Part shown: positions 40,293 through 50,789 of the stretch, piece after piece
Numbering within the stretch: position 1 is the first letter of the stretch
Layout of the letters: each line of letters starts with the position of its first letter
Assembly (NCBI GenBank): GCA_963677495.2
Contig: CAXXOU010000004.1
Coordinates: 608,001 to 672,000, forward strand
DNA: 64,000 nucleotides
Direction: 5' to 3'
Source: Candidatus Cloacimonadales bacterium
GTDB lineage: Bacteria > Cloacimonadota > Cloacimonadia > Cloacimonadales > JAFGVF01
The notes under the pieces: generated by a model
Told to the model about the DNA's origin: nothing
Databases searched by the model: none
What the model saw: the letters and a program-made list of their open reading frames with translations, nothing else
Made by a program: the position numbers and the translations under genes

Positions 40293-43200
40293 ATGATACG
40301 TAGAGGACTATTACTCATTTTATGCCTAGTCTTATCAACAATCGCTATTGCTGATAATAATCAGATTGCCAGGATTTTTAATACTGATGAAGTCGATAAT
40401 GATTACATTGATATGACTTTAACACTGCCTTGTTATTCAATTGATACAATTGAAGAAGCAGGAACCACTTTTAAGCAGATTAGATTCGATAATTCTGCAT
40501 ACTTTTTAGATTTAGGTAAACCGGAACTACCATACTTTTCATCGTTCATTGCAGTACCTGATGGGAGTTCAATTAACAGTATTGAAATACTATCTTACGA
40601 TGCTAAACAACTTAATGGTGTCATCGCTTATCCGGCACAGGATTATGAGAAACCTGAAGAGACAGAATTCCACTTTGATAGCGAATTCTACAATAGCAAT
40701 AAAAGCTATCCTTATCAAGAATCCATGATTGGAGAGTCTGCAACTTTGAGAGACCTTTATCTTTGCAATTTCTCAGTAGCTCCAATATTTTACGATCCTT
40801 TGAAAGAGGAGCTTGAAATTAGAGACAACATGAAGATAAGAGTACATCTAAACAATTCCAGAGAGTTGCTGAGTGATGGGAATACCTATTCAAGCAGCTT
40901 TGAAAAGATATATGAAGCCTATGTTGATAATTTCGATATGATTAGACATGATCTTGAACGAATCGTATCAAAAAGGATACTAATTATACATAAACAAGTT
41001 CTTGATGCATCGTTTAACGATAAGGTTACCGAGTTTGCAGAGTGGAAGATGAAACGTGGATTTCAAGTTGATACATTTGACACATCAGTTACAGGCACAG
41101 GAAATACAAGTATCAAGAACTTTATTCAAGGTCGTTATGATAACATTGATACAAGACCTGACTATTTAATAATCATTGGTGATGTTGGTGGAACATTGGG
41201 TGTACCGACATTTACAGAAAGCATCTCCGGATATGGTGGTTGTGGTGATCACCCTTATACACACTTAGAAGGTATAGATACGATTGGAGATATCTTTGTA
41301 GGCCGAATGAGTGCGGAGAATACAAACCAGTTTCTCACATTAGCCAATAAGGTTTTCTACTATGAAAGAGATATGCCACTAGCAGTAACTGATTGGTATG
41401 ATAAAATGCTGTTAGTTGGAGATACTGAGCCTTCAGGTCAGTCATGTGTATACGTTAATGAATATATTCAAGCAAATTCCAGAAGAGTAAACCCTAACTA
41501 CTCATATACTGAGTTATATGGTGGTAATCCATCACCATCTTCAATGAATACTGCGATTTCACAAGGTGTTGGTGTTTATAATTATAGAGGGTATATTGGT
41601 ATGAGTAACTGGCACCCTAATGCAAGTTCGCTTAACAATGGTGATAGATTATGTCATAGTACTATATTAACATGTTCAACAGGAACTTTTTCAAGTACAT
41701 CAACAACAGAGGAATTTATCAGATTAGGTTCTCCGACTTTGCCAAAAGGTGCATTAACAGCGATAGGAATGGCTACACCGGGGACACATACACACTTTAA
41801 CAATGCTTTAGCTTCAGGAATCTGGAACGGAATACTGAACTTTGGTATGAGAGATTTAGGCTCAGGATTGCTTGCAGGTGAACTTAATCTTTATAATCAA
41901 TACAATAATAGTAACCCTTCGCAAGTAGAATACTTTAGTCATTGGTGTAATCTTATGGGTGACCCAACAGTCACAATGTACTTAACTGTTCCAAAGCAGT
42001 TTGATGTTACTATACCATCAATAATTCCTAGTAATACAGCACTTGTACCAGTACATGTTCACGATGAGATGCTAAGTCCTATGGAGGATGCAATTGTAAC
42101 AGCATATCAGTCAGGAACTCTACATTACATAACAAGAACTGATGCTAATGGTGTTGCTTATATTGATTTACCAATAGACATGACTGGTACTGTAGAAGTA
42201 ACTGTTAGTGCAGATAACTATAAGTCCAGTATGCATGATTTAATAATCGATAGTGCAGGTGGTATTATTTATGCAAGAAGTGTGTTATCTGAAACAGTTG
42301 GGAATGATAATGGTTTAGCCAATGCTGGAGAAACTCTGGATGTTTCTGTTGCATTATATAATAGTTCTGCTTCACCTATTAATAATGTAACTGCAACTTT
42401 AACATCTACAACTGATTATATCACTGTTAATCAGAATAGTGTAGATTATGGAACAATTGTTAATGGTAATAACTCAACAGGCAATGCTGCGTTTAATATA
42501 AGTATAAATAATGCCTGCCCAGATGCATTTGTAGCATACTTAAATCTTTCAATAAACTCAGATAATGGTTCAACATACACTATTTTTGCAGTTCCGGTAC
42601 AAAATGGAGACTTAGATTTCACGTCTGTCAGTGTAATTGATTCTGCAAACGGGATTTTAGATCCGGGAGACACTGCTGAACTTCTTATTTCTATTACTAA
42701 TGATGGAGAACAGGATATTTCTAGTGTTGAAGTAGAATTAACTTCATTAAATGCTCTTGTTGTTGTAGAGGATATGAATGCTTCAATTGGTGATATCCCG
42801 GTTGGAACGACAATGTCCAATGCAAATGACCAGTTAGTAATCCGTGCAAGGTCAAACCTACTTCCCGGAATGGTAATACCATTTCAACTTAACTGCTTTA
42901 ATGCAGATGGTTACCAAGAGAATATACGATTCGATGTAGAAGTAGGTTCAGTTACTGAAAGTGATCCATTCGGACCGGATGAATATGGCTATTTTATCTA
43001 TCATAGTGATGATGTAACCTATCCTGATTGTCCTTCTTATGAATGGATTGAAATATCACCTGAATATGGTGGTTCTGGTACATCTTTGGGGTTAGATGAT
43101 CCAAGTAGCTGGACTGAGGGAGATGCTGTAGGTGCTGTTTCTATCCTTCCATATGATTTACCTTTTGATTTTACCTTCTATGGTGAGACTTACGATAGAA

Positions 43201-45683
43201 TTTGGATAAGTTCAAATGGATTTATCTCTTTCCTTGAAACTGAATGTGCAGATTGGAGAAATAATGTACTATTCGGAGCGATGACTCAGAATGGTATTGT
43301 AGCGCCATTCTGGGATGATTTAGCTACAACTGATAACAACTCTGTTACAACTTATTATGATGCTAATTTAAGTGCGCTAATCATTGAATGGGATGTTGAA
43401 CATGGATCTTCTTCATTACCGCAAAGATTCCAGGTGTTAATGTATCATCCAGATGCAAACCCTACATCTACCGGTGATGGAATGATTAAAATACAATACC
43501 ACACATTTAGTAACAATAATGATACAAACAATTGTACAGTAGGGATTAAAGATCATACCGGAACTAAAGGTTTACAATATTCATTTGATAATCAGTATCC
43601 TAATGGAGCTAATCAAATCAATGCTGGAGACGCATTGCTGATAACCGGTTCTCCTATTTCTTTAGAAGAACCTTTCCTCGTTCTAGGTGACACAGTAATA
43701 CATGATCAGAACAATAATCATATAGTTGAACCTGGAGAGGAAATTAACCTTGGTGTAAACATTGTTAATATGGGTTCTGCTCCAGCAGAGAATGTTGAGA
43801 TTAGTGTAACATGTGAAAGCCCATATGTTTCTGTAACTCAAAATAGTTCAACTTATGATATAATACCCGGTGAGGGGAATATGTTTGGTGATCAATATAT
43901 TACTCTGTCAATTGCAGAGAGTGCACCGGACAATCATGAAATCATTTTAACAGTTAATATAAATTCACCTTCGAACGAATGGACAAGAGTAACCTCCTTG
44001 AGTGTTGTTTCTAACAAACTTAGATACTTAAATGCTCAATTTAACGATCAAGTTTTTGGTAATGGAGACAAAGTAGTTCAGGCAGGAGAAACATTCTTCT
44101 TATGTGTAAATCTTGAAAATCCGGAAGTAGTAGCTACAAGAGATGTGCAAGTAGGTTTAAGTAGTTCATATCCGGGAGTTGTTATTGTGGAAGATCAACT
44201 TAGCATCGGTGATATAGCTCCTGAAAGTGCATTACAGTGCTACTTCGAGATAACTATGCCTGATGGAATAGCTGATATGACGTTTGTTCCATTTGAGATA
44301 ACATATTTCGCAACCGGTATAGATATCGGAACTGCAGGTATGACAATTGGTATTGGACTTGCTGACTTTGATTTAGATTTTGAACAATCTAATGGTGGTC
44401 TTACCCAGCAGGGAGGTTGGCAATGGGGATTCGATACAATCATGGGAGCACACTCAGGAACAAGAGTATGGGGTACATATTTAAGTGGTAACTATCCGGT
44501 TAACCATGATGCGTATTTGTATACTCCAATATTACCTTTAAGTGATAATGCTGAACTGAGATTCTGGCACAAATATGAGTATGATAATCACTACGATGGA
44601 GGTAATATCCAAATCTCAACAGACTCAGGAGCTACTTGGCAAATAATAACTCCAGTTTCAGGATATGATGATGGAGCAGTTGTATCATTAGATAATCAAC
44701 CTGGATTCACGGGAATAAGTGGAGCTTGGGAAGAAGTAGTAATCGATCTTTCTGATTATGCAAATATGAATGTTCAATTCCAATGGTATTCTGCAAGTGA
44801 TTATCATGTAAATGACAATGGATGGTATATTGATGATGTAACAATAGTTGGATTCATTGGTGGTACAGGTTATATAAGTGGTAACATAGCTTTATCTGGA
44901 GATGAAGATATAACTGATGTGTGTGTCTCGAATGGGGAAGTGGCAGTACATCCGGATGAGAACGGTGATTACTATATCTTCCAAAAGGATGGTAATTACG
45001 ATATACATGCTTATACAAACCATTATTCAGAGGGTTTTGCAAATAGAATCATGCTTAATGAAACGAATCAAAGTAATGATGATATTGATTTTGCATTGCA
45101 GCGTTTAAATGAACCAACTGATTTAAGTTGCGTTCAGGATGACTACAATCTCAATCTTACTTGGAATGCACCGGATATGACAGATTTAACGTTTTTAAAC
45201 TACAATATCTATAAGAGTATTGATTCAGCTCCTTATGCATTGATTGGAAGTTCTGAACAACTTGCTTATGCTGATACATTAAGCTACTCAGGAACTTACA
45301 AGTACTATGTTACAGCAATGTATTCTGAGGGAGAAGGATTTGAGTCAGACATAATCTCATTTATTCCTGATATGACTGATATTGATGATGAATCAGTTCC
45401 TGTTTTTGAAACCGAACTGATTGGAAACTATCCTAATCCTTTTAATCCAACTACTACTATCTGTTTCGCTTTAAAACAACCACAACAAACATCTATTAAG
45501 GTTTATAACATTAAGGGACAGCTAGTGAAAACACTATTTAATGATAATCTAAGTACTGGTAATCATACTATTGTATGGGATGGAACTGATAGTGATGGAA
45601 GAGGAATGGCAACAGGTATTTACTTCTTTAGGATGGAATGCGAAGATTATTGTAAGACAATAAAATCATTATTGATAAAGTAA
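40293..45683 (+). CDS. Peptidase C25 (gingipain-like) family secreted protein with Ig-like, immune-inhibitor-A-like, FN3 and FlgD/T9SS-like domains
   Basis: Propeptide G.PELP, YLIIIGD, DIFVGRMS, LMGDP, NYPNPFNP CTD; ATG 40293 after GGGAG. Confidence 0.88.
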   Translation: MIRRGLLLILCLVLSTIAIADNNQIARIFNTDEVDNDYIDMTLTLPCYSIDTIEEAGTTFKQIRFDNSAYFLDLGKPELPYFSSFIAVPDGSSINSIEILSYDAKQLNGVIAYPAQDYEKPEETEFHFDSEFYNSNKSYPYQESMIGESATLRDLYLCNFSVAPIFYDPLKEELEIRDNMKIRVHLNNSRELLSDGNTYSSSFEKIYEAYVDNFDMIRHDLERIVSKRILIIHKQVLDASFNDKVTEFAEWKMKRGFQVDTFDTSVTGTGNTSIKNFIQGRYDNIDTRPDYLIIIGDVGGTLGVPTFTESISGYGGCGDHPYTHLEGIDTIGDIFVGRMSAENTNQFLTLANKVFYYERDMPLAVTDWYDKMLLVGDTEPSGQSCVYVNEYIQANSRRVNPNYSYTELYGGNPSPSSMNTAISQGVGVYNYRGYIGMSNWHPNASSLNNGDRLCHSTILTCSTGTFSSTSTTEEFIRLGSPTLPKGALTAIGMATPGTHTHFNNALASGIWNGILNFGMRDLGSGLLAGELNLYNQYNNSNPSQVEYFSHWCNLMGDPTVTMYLTVPKQFDVTIPSIIPSNTALVPVHVHDEMLSPMEDAIVTAYQSGTLHYITRTDANGVAYIDLPIDMTGTVEVTVSADNYKSSMHDLIIDSAGGIIYARSVLSETVGNDNGLANAGETLDVSVALYNSSASPINNVTATLTSTTDYITVNQNSVDYGTIVNGNNSTGNAAFNISINNACPDAFVAYLNLSINSDNGSTYTIFAVPVQNGDLDFTSVSVIDSANGILDPGDTAELLISITNDGEQDISSVEVELTSLNALVVVEDMNASIGDIPVGTTMSNANDQLVIRARSNLLPGMVIPFQLNCFNADGYQENIRFDVEVGSVTESDPFGPDEYGYFIYHSDDVTYPDCPSYEWIEISPEYGGSGTSLGLDDPSSWTEGDAVGAVSILPYDLPFDFTFYGETYDRIWISSNGFISFLETECADWRNNVLFGAMTQNGIVAPFWDDLATTDNNSVTTYYDANLSALIIEWDVEHGSSSLPQRFQVLMYHPDANPTSTGDGMIKIQYHTFSNNNDTNNCTVGIKDHTGTKGLQYSFDNQYPNGANQINAGDALLITGSPISLEEPFLVLGDTVIHDQNNNHIVEPGEEINLGVNIVNMGSAPAENVEISVTCESPYVSVTQNSSTYDIIPGEGNMFGDQYITLSIAESAPDNHEIILTVNINSPSNEWTRVTSLSVVSNKLRYLNAQFNDQVFGNGDKVVQAGETFFLCVNLENPEVVATRDVQVGLSSSYPGVVIVEDQLSIGDIAPESALQCYFEITMPDGIADMTFVPFEITYFATGIDIGTAGMTIGIGLADFDLDFEQSNGGLTQQGGWQWGFDTIMGAHSGTRVWGTYLSGNYPVNHDAYLYTPILPLSDNAELRFWHKYEYDNHYDGGNIQISTDSGATWQIITPVSGYDDGAVVSLDNQPGFTGISGAWEEVVIDLSDYANMNVQFQWYSASDYHVNDNGWYIDDVTIVGFIGGTGYISGNIALSGDEDITDVCVSNGEVAVHPDENGDYYIFQKDGNYDIHAYTNHYSEGFANRIMLNETNQSNDDIDFALQRLNEPTDLSCVQDDYNLNLTWNAPDMTDLTFLNYNIYKSIDSAPYALIGSSEQLAYADTLSYSGTYKYYVTAMYSEGEGFESDIISFIPDMTDIDDESVPVFETELIGNYPNPFNPTTTICFALKQPQQTSIKVYNIKGQLVKTLFNDNLSTGNHTIVWDGTDSDGRGMATGIYFFRMECEDYCKTIKSLLIK

Positions 45684-45699
45684 TCCTTTAGTTATCATT

Positions 45700-45729
45700 A
45701 AGCCCTTTCGTATGAAAGGGCTTTATTTT
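45700..45729 (+). terminator. Intrinsic terminator
   Basis: aagccctttc-gtat-gaaagggcttt-attttt. Confidence 0.8.
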
Positions 45730-45947
45730 ATGAGAAGGATTCATCGTTCTAACTGATTTATCTATAATAAAATAAAAAAATGTTGACCTTAAAGAAGATT
45801 GCAGTAATATTTGTGACATTGAATCCAGTATGAATAAACAATGAATAAATGGTGGCTATATGTTAATCAAATATTTAATCTTTAAACGCTGCTTGATAAA
45901 GGCGTATTTACAGTTTCGACGAAAGTATCTGTGGAGGATATATATGT

Positions 45948-45980
45948 CAGAGGGTGGTTAATAAAACCACCCTTCTTTCT
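45948..45980. terminator. Hairpin terminator (T-rich on + strand, abuts the bcp stop)
   Basis: agggtggtt-aataa-aaccaccct-tctttct. Confidence 0.7.
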
Positions 45981-46448
45981 TTATACTAGTTTTTTGATAA
46001 TCTTCAATATTCGCTCAGCATGCCCTTTTGCACGCACGTTGTAAAGACACTCCACCAATTCTCCGTCAGGGTTAATGATGAAAGTACTTCTAATAACTCC
46101 CATCTTCTTTTTACCATACATCATTTTCTCTCCCCAAGTACCGAATAAGTTGTGAACAATCATATCAGGATCACTTAAAAGCTCAATCTTTAAGTCTTGC
46201 TTAGATATGAAGTTGCTATGACTTTTAATTGAGTCTTTACTCACTCCGATTATCTGCACTCCCAAGTCACTAAACTCATTCAATAAACATGTGAAATCTT
46301 TAGCTTCAACAGTACAACCCGGGGTGTTATCTTTCGGATAAAAGTATAATACTGTCCACTTGCCTAAGATATCCTTATCACTAATTTTCACATCTTTACT
46401 ATTCTTGATTTCAAAGCTAGGAATTTTAGCCCCTTTCTCTAAACGCAT
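45981..46448 (-). CDS. bcp: Peroxiredoxin BCP/PrxQ
   Basis: LYFYPKDNTPGCTVEA, RSTFII. Confidence 0.93.
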   Translation of the reverse strand: MRLEKGAKIPSFEIKNSKDVKISDKDILGKWTVLYFYPKDNTPGCTVEAKDFTCLLNEFSDLGVQIIGVSKDSIKSHSNFISKQDLKIELLSDPDMIVHNLFGTWGEKMMYGKKKMGVIRSTFIINPDGELVECLYNVRAKGHAERILKIIKKLV

Positions 46449-46486
46449 AAATCCTCCATTTTTTTATTATAAACTAAGCCAGGATT

Positions 46487-46516
46487 AAAAAAAAGGCTAC
46501 AACAAGTGTAGCCTTT
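46487..46516 (-). terminator. Intrinsic terminator of the C10 peptidase gene
   Basis: aaaaaaaaggctaca-acaag-tgtagccttt. Confidence 0.75.
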
Positions 46517-46533
46517 CATCTATAATATTGCAA

Positions 46534-49278
46534 TTATTTCATTAGTAATGATTTCTTTACTTTAGAGTCACCATTAGCATCTAACTTGAAGAAGTAGACA
46601 CCAGAGCCAACTGTTGAACCATTCTTATCTGTTCCATCCCACATTATTGTGTGTTCACCTTTGTTCATTGTTTTATTAATCAGAGTGTTAACTTTACGTC
46701 CTCTAATATCATAAACTGAAAGTGTTGCATGACCACTAGCCGGCATACTAAACTGAACATTAGTTGTAGGGTTGAAAGGATTAGGATAGTTGTTAAGAGT
46801 GAGTTGTTTCTCGATAACCTGATTCTGATCATTATTGTCAGTCGTTGTGCTAAGCACAGAAGTTATCATCAAGTTACCATCAGCATAATTTTCCCAGGCA
46901 GAGCTGTTACTTACTTTGACGATTGTATTACCATTCTGACTTGTATCAACACCAATTGCTGAGCTATTCACGGTAAATACAACGGCAATGTAATAATTGC
47001 CATCAACAACTAAGTCTTCACCTGATAAATCAGCTGTGTGCCAACCATCAGTTATATTGTTTCTAAATACCTGCTGTGAGAGCATATTGCCTGGTTCTCC
47101 ATCAACTTCATCAAAAACACGTAGGATAACCGGATTAGTATCAGCTGTCTCGATATTAAAGCGGATGAAGTCGATATTAGCTTCTTCACTATTTTCGAAA
47201 TGTACAGCTGCCATTCCACCTGCATTATAAACTATTCCTGATTCTGCTGAGTTATCTACATATCCAAAGTTTTCGTAGTCGTTTCCAAAGACGAAAGCTT
47301 CCGCATTTTGGGTGTGGTCAGATTCTCCTGCTAAATAACCTGCAGTAACAGTATAATGATGTAAACCCGGAGTTGGATTAGCATTTGAGTAAGTAGTTAA
47401 ATATCTATCATAAATGGTATCAACAAGTACACCATTATCGAAAACATTATAGCCTAAAAGAGATGAATTAGCAAGTCCCGGATGTGTCCAGCTAAGAGTA
47501 ATCTGTTCGTTCTCATCAACAGCTGATTCTAAACTCATGGCAGGATAAATTGTTGTATCATCAGCAAAGAAATCAAGTATGTTTTGAATGAACTGTGCTT
47601 TGTTAGCATTGTCTCCAAATCTACTCATTGAGTATGACATTACAACACTTTTCTGACCATAAATACCAACGTTCTGAACAGCAACAACACCATATCCATC
47701 TTCTGTAAAGACCGGTTGTCCGTCACCAACTTCATAATGGTCTATTGTCTCAAGATTAGTTTGGTAAGTTTGGTCGAACGATAAGTTCATACCTACTGAG
47801 AAAGGATGACCTTGTAAATCATTAATATCGTTGTAAGCACCATCATTAACACCATCAATACCTAATAGAGTCATTAAGGCACTATTTGAGCTTTGATCAA
47901 CACCTAGTACGTCAGCACCCTCAATGTATACGTTCCCACCATCTTCAAGATAGTTTCTGATTACGGCAGCCATTGGATCTGTAAGTTCTGAGTACTCAGC
48001 TTGTGAGTTACCAAAGTTTAAGAATACAGCATCATAACCCTGGAAAGAATATGGGAATTCATCCGTATTATTTGCTTCGATACCTTCAGAACTAACAGCA
48101 ACGTAGAATTCACTACCGCTGCAATCCGCTGAATTCATTCCATCCCAGATAAGAACACCTTCATTTGGCTGATAGCCTTGAGGTACAATACCAATTACAG
48201 CTGCTTGGCCTGCATTAAAGTTTCCTTGTGGATTTAAATTGGTTACTAAATAATATCCATTCCCGGAACCTGACCAACCAAAGTCAAAGTGAAAATAATC
48301 ATCATCCTGATATCCATCAAGAACAAAGGCATGACCGCCACCACCATCATCTCCACTACCTGAATAATATATTACTCGATCATTATCAAGTTCATTCCTT
48401 AACAGGTTATTCCATGCAGCAACTGAGTAATCACTTCTTGATACATATGTAGTTGTATTAGCATAACCGAAATAATTTCTCATTGCAGCTGGTACATCAT
48501 AGGAATATGCACCGGAGCCATCTGCTGCATACATCATATCAACAGAGACACCACAATCATATATAAGTTTTGCAATTTGATCATACTCTGAACCTGCTTG
48601 GAAAGGCATCTGCCACCAGTCATATTCAGAGTCGTCAAAGTTCACGCTTTGATATCCATACCCATAGGCATAATAGCCATGATTACCGGTTCCTCCTGCT
48701 GGATAGTTCCAATATCTCATGCATTGAGCCATTGCAGTAGCAACACAACCTGCATATACTCTACCACCCGGTCCGGCTGAGTCTTCAGGGCACAAGGCAT
48801 TGTATGGCCAGTCCTGATTCCATCTACATGGAAGAAGAGGAGAAACTTCTCTGTCTGTTCTATTGTAACTATGATTGTCAATGTCTTGCCACATTTGCCT
48901 TGTTTCAGTTGCAGATAAATCATTTTCTATAACTGAAAGAGCTTCATTGCTATAGGTGTTTAACCAATATTGCAAACCCGGATTATCGCTGTCAGGGCTG
49001 ATATTACCCTCATCTGACCAAGCTAACACAGGTTGGCATCTGTCGTCAGAAGTAGCAATGACAAAGCCGTTATTCTGGTAATTAATTAAGTATAGAGTTA
49101 ATGTATTGTTATTGTACACTTTGTGTACACTTTCTAGAGAGGATGTATCTACACGGTTTGATGTCTGCAAATCCATCCATTTCCCGGCAACTGAAACAAC
49201 TTTTGATTCAGGTACAGAGATTGCACTTATAATGCTGAGAGACAGCATTATACTCATCAAGATTAAAAATCTCTTCAT
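46534..49278 (-). CDS. Peptidase C10 (streptopain/SpeB-like) with I69 prodomain and FlgD/T9SS-like CTD
   Basis: W.Q..PYN..CP, catalytic AGCVATAMAQ, GHAFVLDGY, HFDFGW.G, NYPNPFNP. Confidence 0.92.
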   Translation of the reverse strand: MKRFLILMSIMLSLSIISAISVPESKVVSVAGKWMDLQTSNRVDTSSLESVHKVYNNNTLTLYLINYQNNGFVIATSDDRCQPVLAWSDEGNISPDSDNPGLQYWLNTYSNEALSVIENDLSATETRQMWQDIDNHSYNRTDREVSPLLPCRWNQDWPYNALCPEDSAGPGGRVYAGCVATAMAQCMRYWNYPAGGTGNHGYYAYGYGYQSVNFDDSEYDWWQMPFQAGSEYDQIAKLIYDCGVSVDMMYAADGSGAYSYDVPAAMRNYFGYANTTTYVSRSDYSVAAWNNLLRNELDNDRVIYYSGSGDDGGGGHAFVLDGYQDDDYFHFDFGWSGSGNGYYLVTNLNPQGNFNAGQAAVIGIVPQGYQPNEGVLIWDGMNSADCSGSEFYVAVSSEGIEANNTDEFPYSFQGYDAVFLNFGNSQAEYSELTDPMAAVIRNYLEDGGNVYIEGADVLGVDQSSNSALMTLLGIDGVNDGAYNDINDLQGHPFSVGMNLSFDQTYQTNLETIDHYEVGDGQPVFTEDGYGVVAVQNVGIYGQKSVVMSYSMSRFGDNANKAQFIQNILDFFADDTTIYPAMSLESAVDENEQITLSWTHPGLANSSLLGYNVFDNGVLVDTIYDRYLTTYSNANPTPGLHHYTVTAGYLAGESDHTQNAEAFVFGNDYENFGYVDNSAESGIVYNAGGMAAVHFENSEEANIDFIRFNIETADTNPVILRVFDEVDGEPGNMLSQQVFRNNITDGWHTADLSGEDLVVDGNYYIAVVFTVNSSAIGVDTSQNGNTIVKVSNSSAWENYADGNLMITSVLSTTTDNNDQNQVIEKQLTLNNYPNPFNPTTNVQFSMPASGHATLSVYDIRGRKVNTLINKTMNKGEHTIMWDGTDKNGSTVGSGVYFFKLDANGDSKVKKSLLMK

Positions 49279-49411
49279 TTGTTACCTCTCATTTTTTATC
49301 CAATTTTCGCATAATCTTTTTTGTCTTATCTGTATTTTTAAGTAATTTTTCTTCCAAAGAGGACGAAAATTTCTCAATTACATAATAAAAATATATATTG
49401 GAGATGCAAAA

Positions 49412-49909
49412 ATGGCTAAAATTACATTACAAGGAAACCCTTTCAACACAATTAACGAACTACCAAAAGAAAATACTAAAGCACCCGACTTTAAACTTGT
49501 AGCAGGTGATTTAAGTGAAAAGACATTAGCAGATTTTATGGGTAAGAAAGTTATCTTGAACATCTTCCCAAGTATAGACACACCAGTCTGTGCAAACTCA
49601 GTAAGAAGATTCAATCAAGAAGCTTCTAAACTTGAAGATACAGTAGTACTATGTATCTCTAGAGATCTTCCATTTGCTCAAGCTAGATTCTGTGGAGCTG
49701 AAGGACTCGAAAATGTTATTACACTCTCCAGCATGAAGAACGAAGAGTTTGGAAATTCCTATGGTGTAAAGATTATCGATGGACCAATGGAATCGCTCTT
49801 AGCACGTTCAGTTGTTGTTATTGATGAAGAAGGAAAGGTTAAATATACTCAGTTAGTACCTGAAATAGTCGATGAACCTAACTATGAAGATGTTTTAAAA
49901 AATATCTAA
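49412..49909 (+). CDS. tpx: Thiol peroxidase
   Basis: FPSIDTPVC, S.DLPFAQ.RFC. Confidence 0.95.
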   Translation: MAKITLQGNPFNTINELPKENTKAPDFKLVAGDLSEKTLADFMGKKVILNIFPSIDTPVCANSVRRFNQEASKLEDTVVLCISRDLPFAQARFCGAEGLENVITLSSMKNEEFGNSYGVKIIDGPMESLLARSVVVIDEEGKVKYTQLVPEIVDEPNYEDVLKNI

Positions 49910-49929
49910 AGCTTTTTATTCTCATAACG

Positions 49930-49960
49930 ACCGGACTATATTTATGTAGTCCGGTTTTCT
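49930..49960 (+). terminator. Intrinsic terminator
   Basis: accggactata-ttta-tgtagtccggt-tttct. Confidence 0.75.
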
Positions 49961-50109
49961 GTATAATAGCAAATAGGATATGCATTAAGTATCTGCTGAT
50001 GTGATTCAAAGTCGATATTGTTCCGTAAGGACAGAACAACTTGTGCCCTAGTTAGCTGATTATGGCTCCTGAAAATGCTTAATTAAACGTATGTTGTGGA
50101 TACACCTGA

Positions 50110-50133
50110 GGGCTTAAGATGTTAAGCCCCTAC
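50110..50133 (-). repeat. GTAG-type REP-like palindrome
   Basis: Reverse complement GTAGGGGCTTAACATCTTAAGCCC. Confidence 0.6.
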
Positions 50134-50398
50134 ATGTACTACGACTCTCCAGATCGGAAATTGCTACAGCTATTTCGCTCCCATTCCTCTGCTATAATTG
50201 CTATACATTAGATATCTTAATCTTATCAAATTCGAGTCTAAAACCTGTTAAAGAATAACTACATTTCAATAGGGTTTCAATAGGTGTCTCCTATCTGAGT
50301 GTTAAAGATTGTAACAGAGCAGTGACAGTTTCATGATGTTGAGATTCCCTTAAAAGTTTTCTCATTTTATTCTGACGGATCTCTGCAAAAAGTCAGAA

Positions 50399-50497
50399 AT
50401 CCACCCCTACTTTGCTCCCGCCCCTCTCGGGGCTCTCTCGGGGGTAGGCGGGGTAGGTCCCCGAGTGGTCCCGGAGAGGAGCAGGGGTGGATACTTC
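50399..50497. repeat. 11-bp-period fold-back array P6
   Basis: atccaccccta/ctttgctcccg/cccctctcggg/gctctctcggg/ggtaggcgggg/taggtccccga/gtggtcccgga/gaggagcaggg/gtggatacttc; terminal IR atccacccct...aggggtggat. Confidence 0.8.
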
Positions 50498-50570
50498 ACT
50501 TTCGGTTGACCTTGAGCAGACTTATTTCTGCCGATTTGCCCTTGAGCAATAAAAACAGAGCGGAAATATA

Positions 50571-50662
50571 TCACTCATAATCAGCTTACTAAATTCTCAC
50601 TTCTCAAGTGGGTATTATGTGAGTGTTGAGTGGGGATTGAGTGAGTGATGAGTGAGAATTGC
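50571..50662. repeat. 11-bp-period fold-back array P7 (CTCA / GTGAG)
   Basis: tcactcataat/cagcttactaa/attctcacttc // gtgggtattat/gtgagtgttga/gtggggattga/gtgagtgatga/gtgagaattgc; IR aattctcact...agtgagaatt. Confidence 0.8.
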
Positions 50663-50789
50663 TCATGGGCGTAACTTGGGAATAAAGAGAATATGCCACA
50701 GATTTCTCAGATTATAAAGACTTGAAAACTATGATTTGGTATAGATCAATTTACACACTTTTTAGAATACTCCCCAGATTATCTCAGAT

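Noticed and set aside
50255..50340. Additional 11-bp array (ttcaatagggt/ttcaataggtg; gtaacag/gtgacag)
   Set aside because: Only pairs of units are in register; too weak to count separately, though consistent with the pattern.
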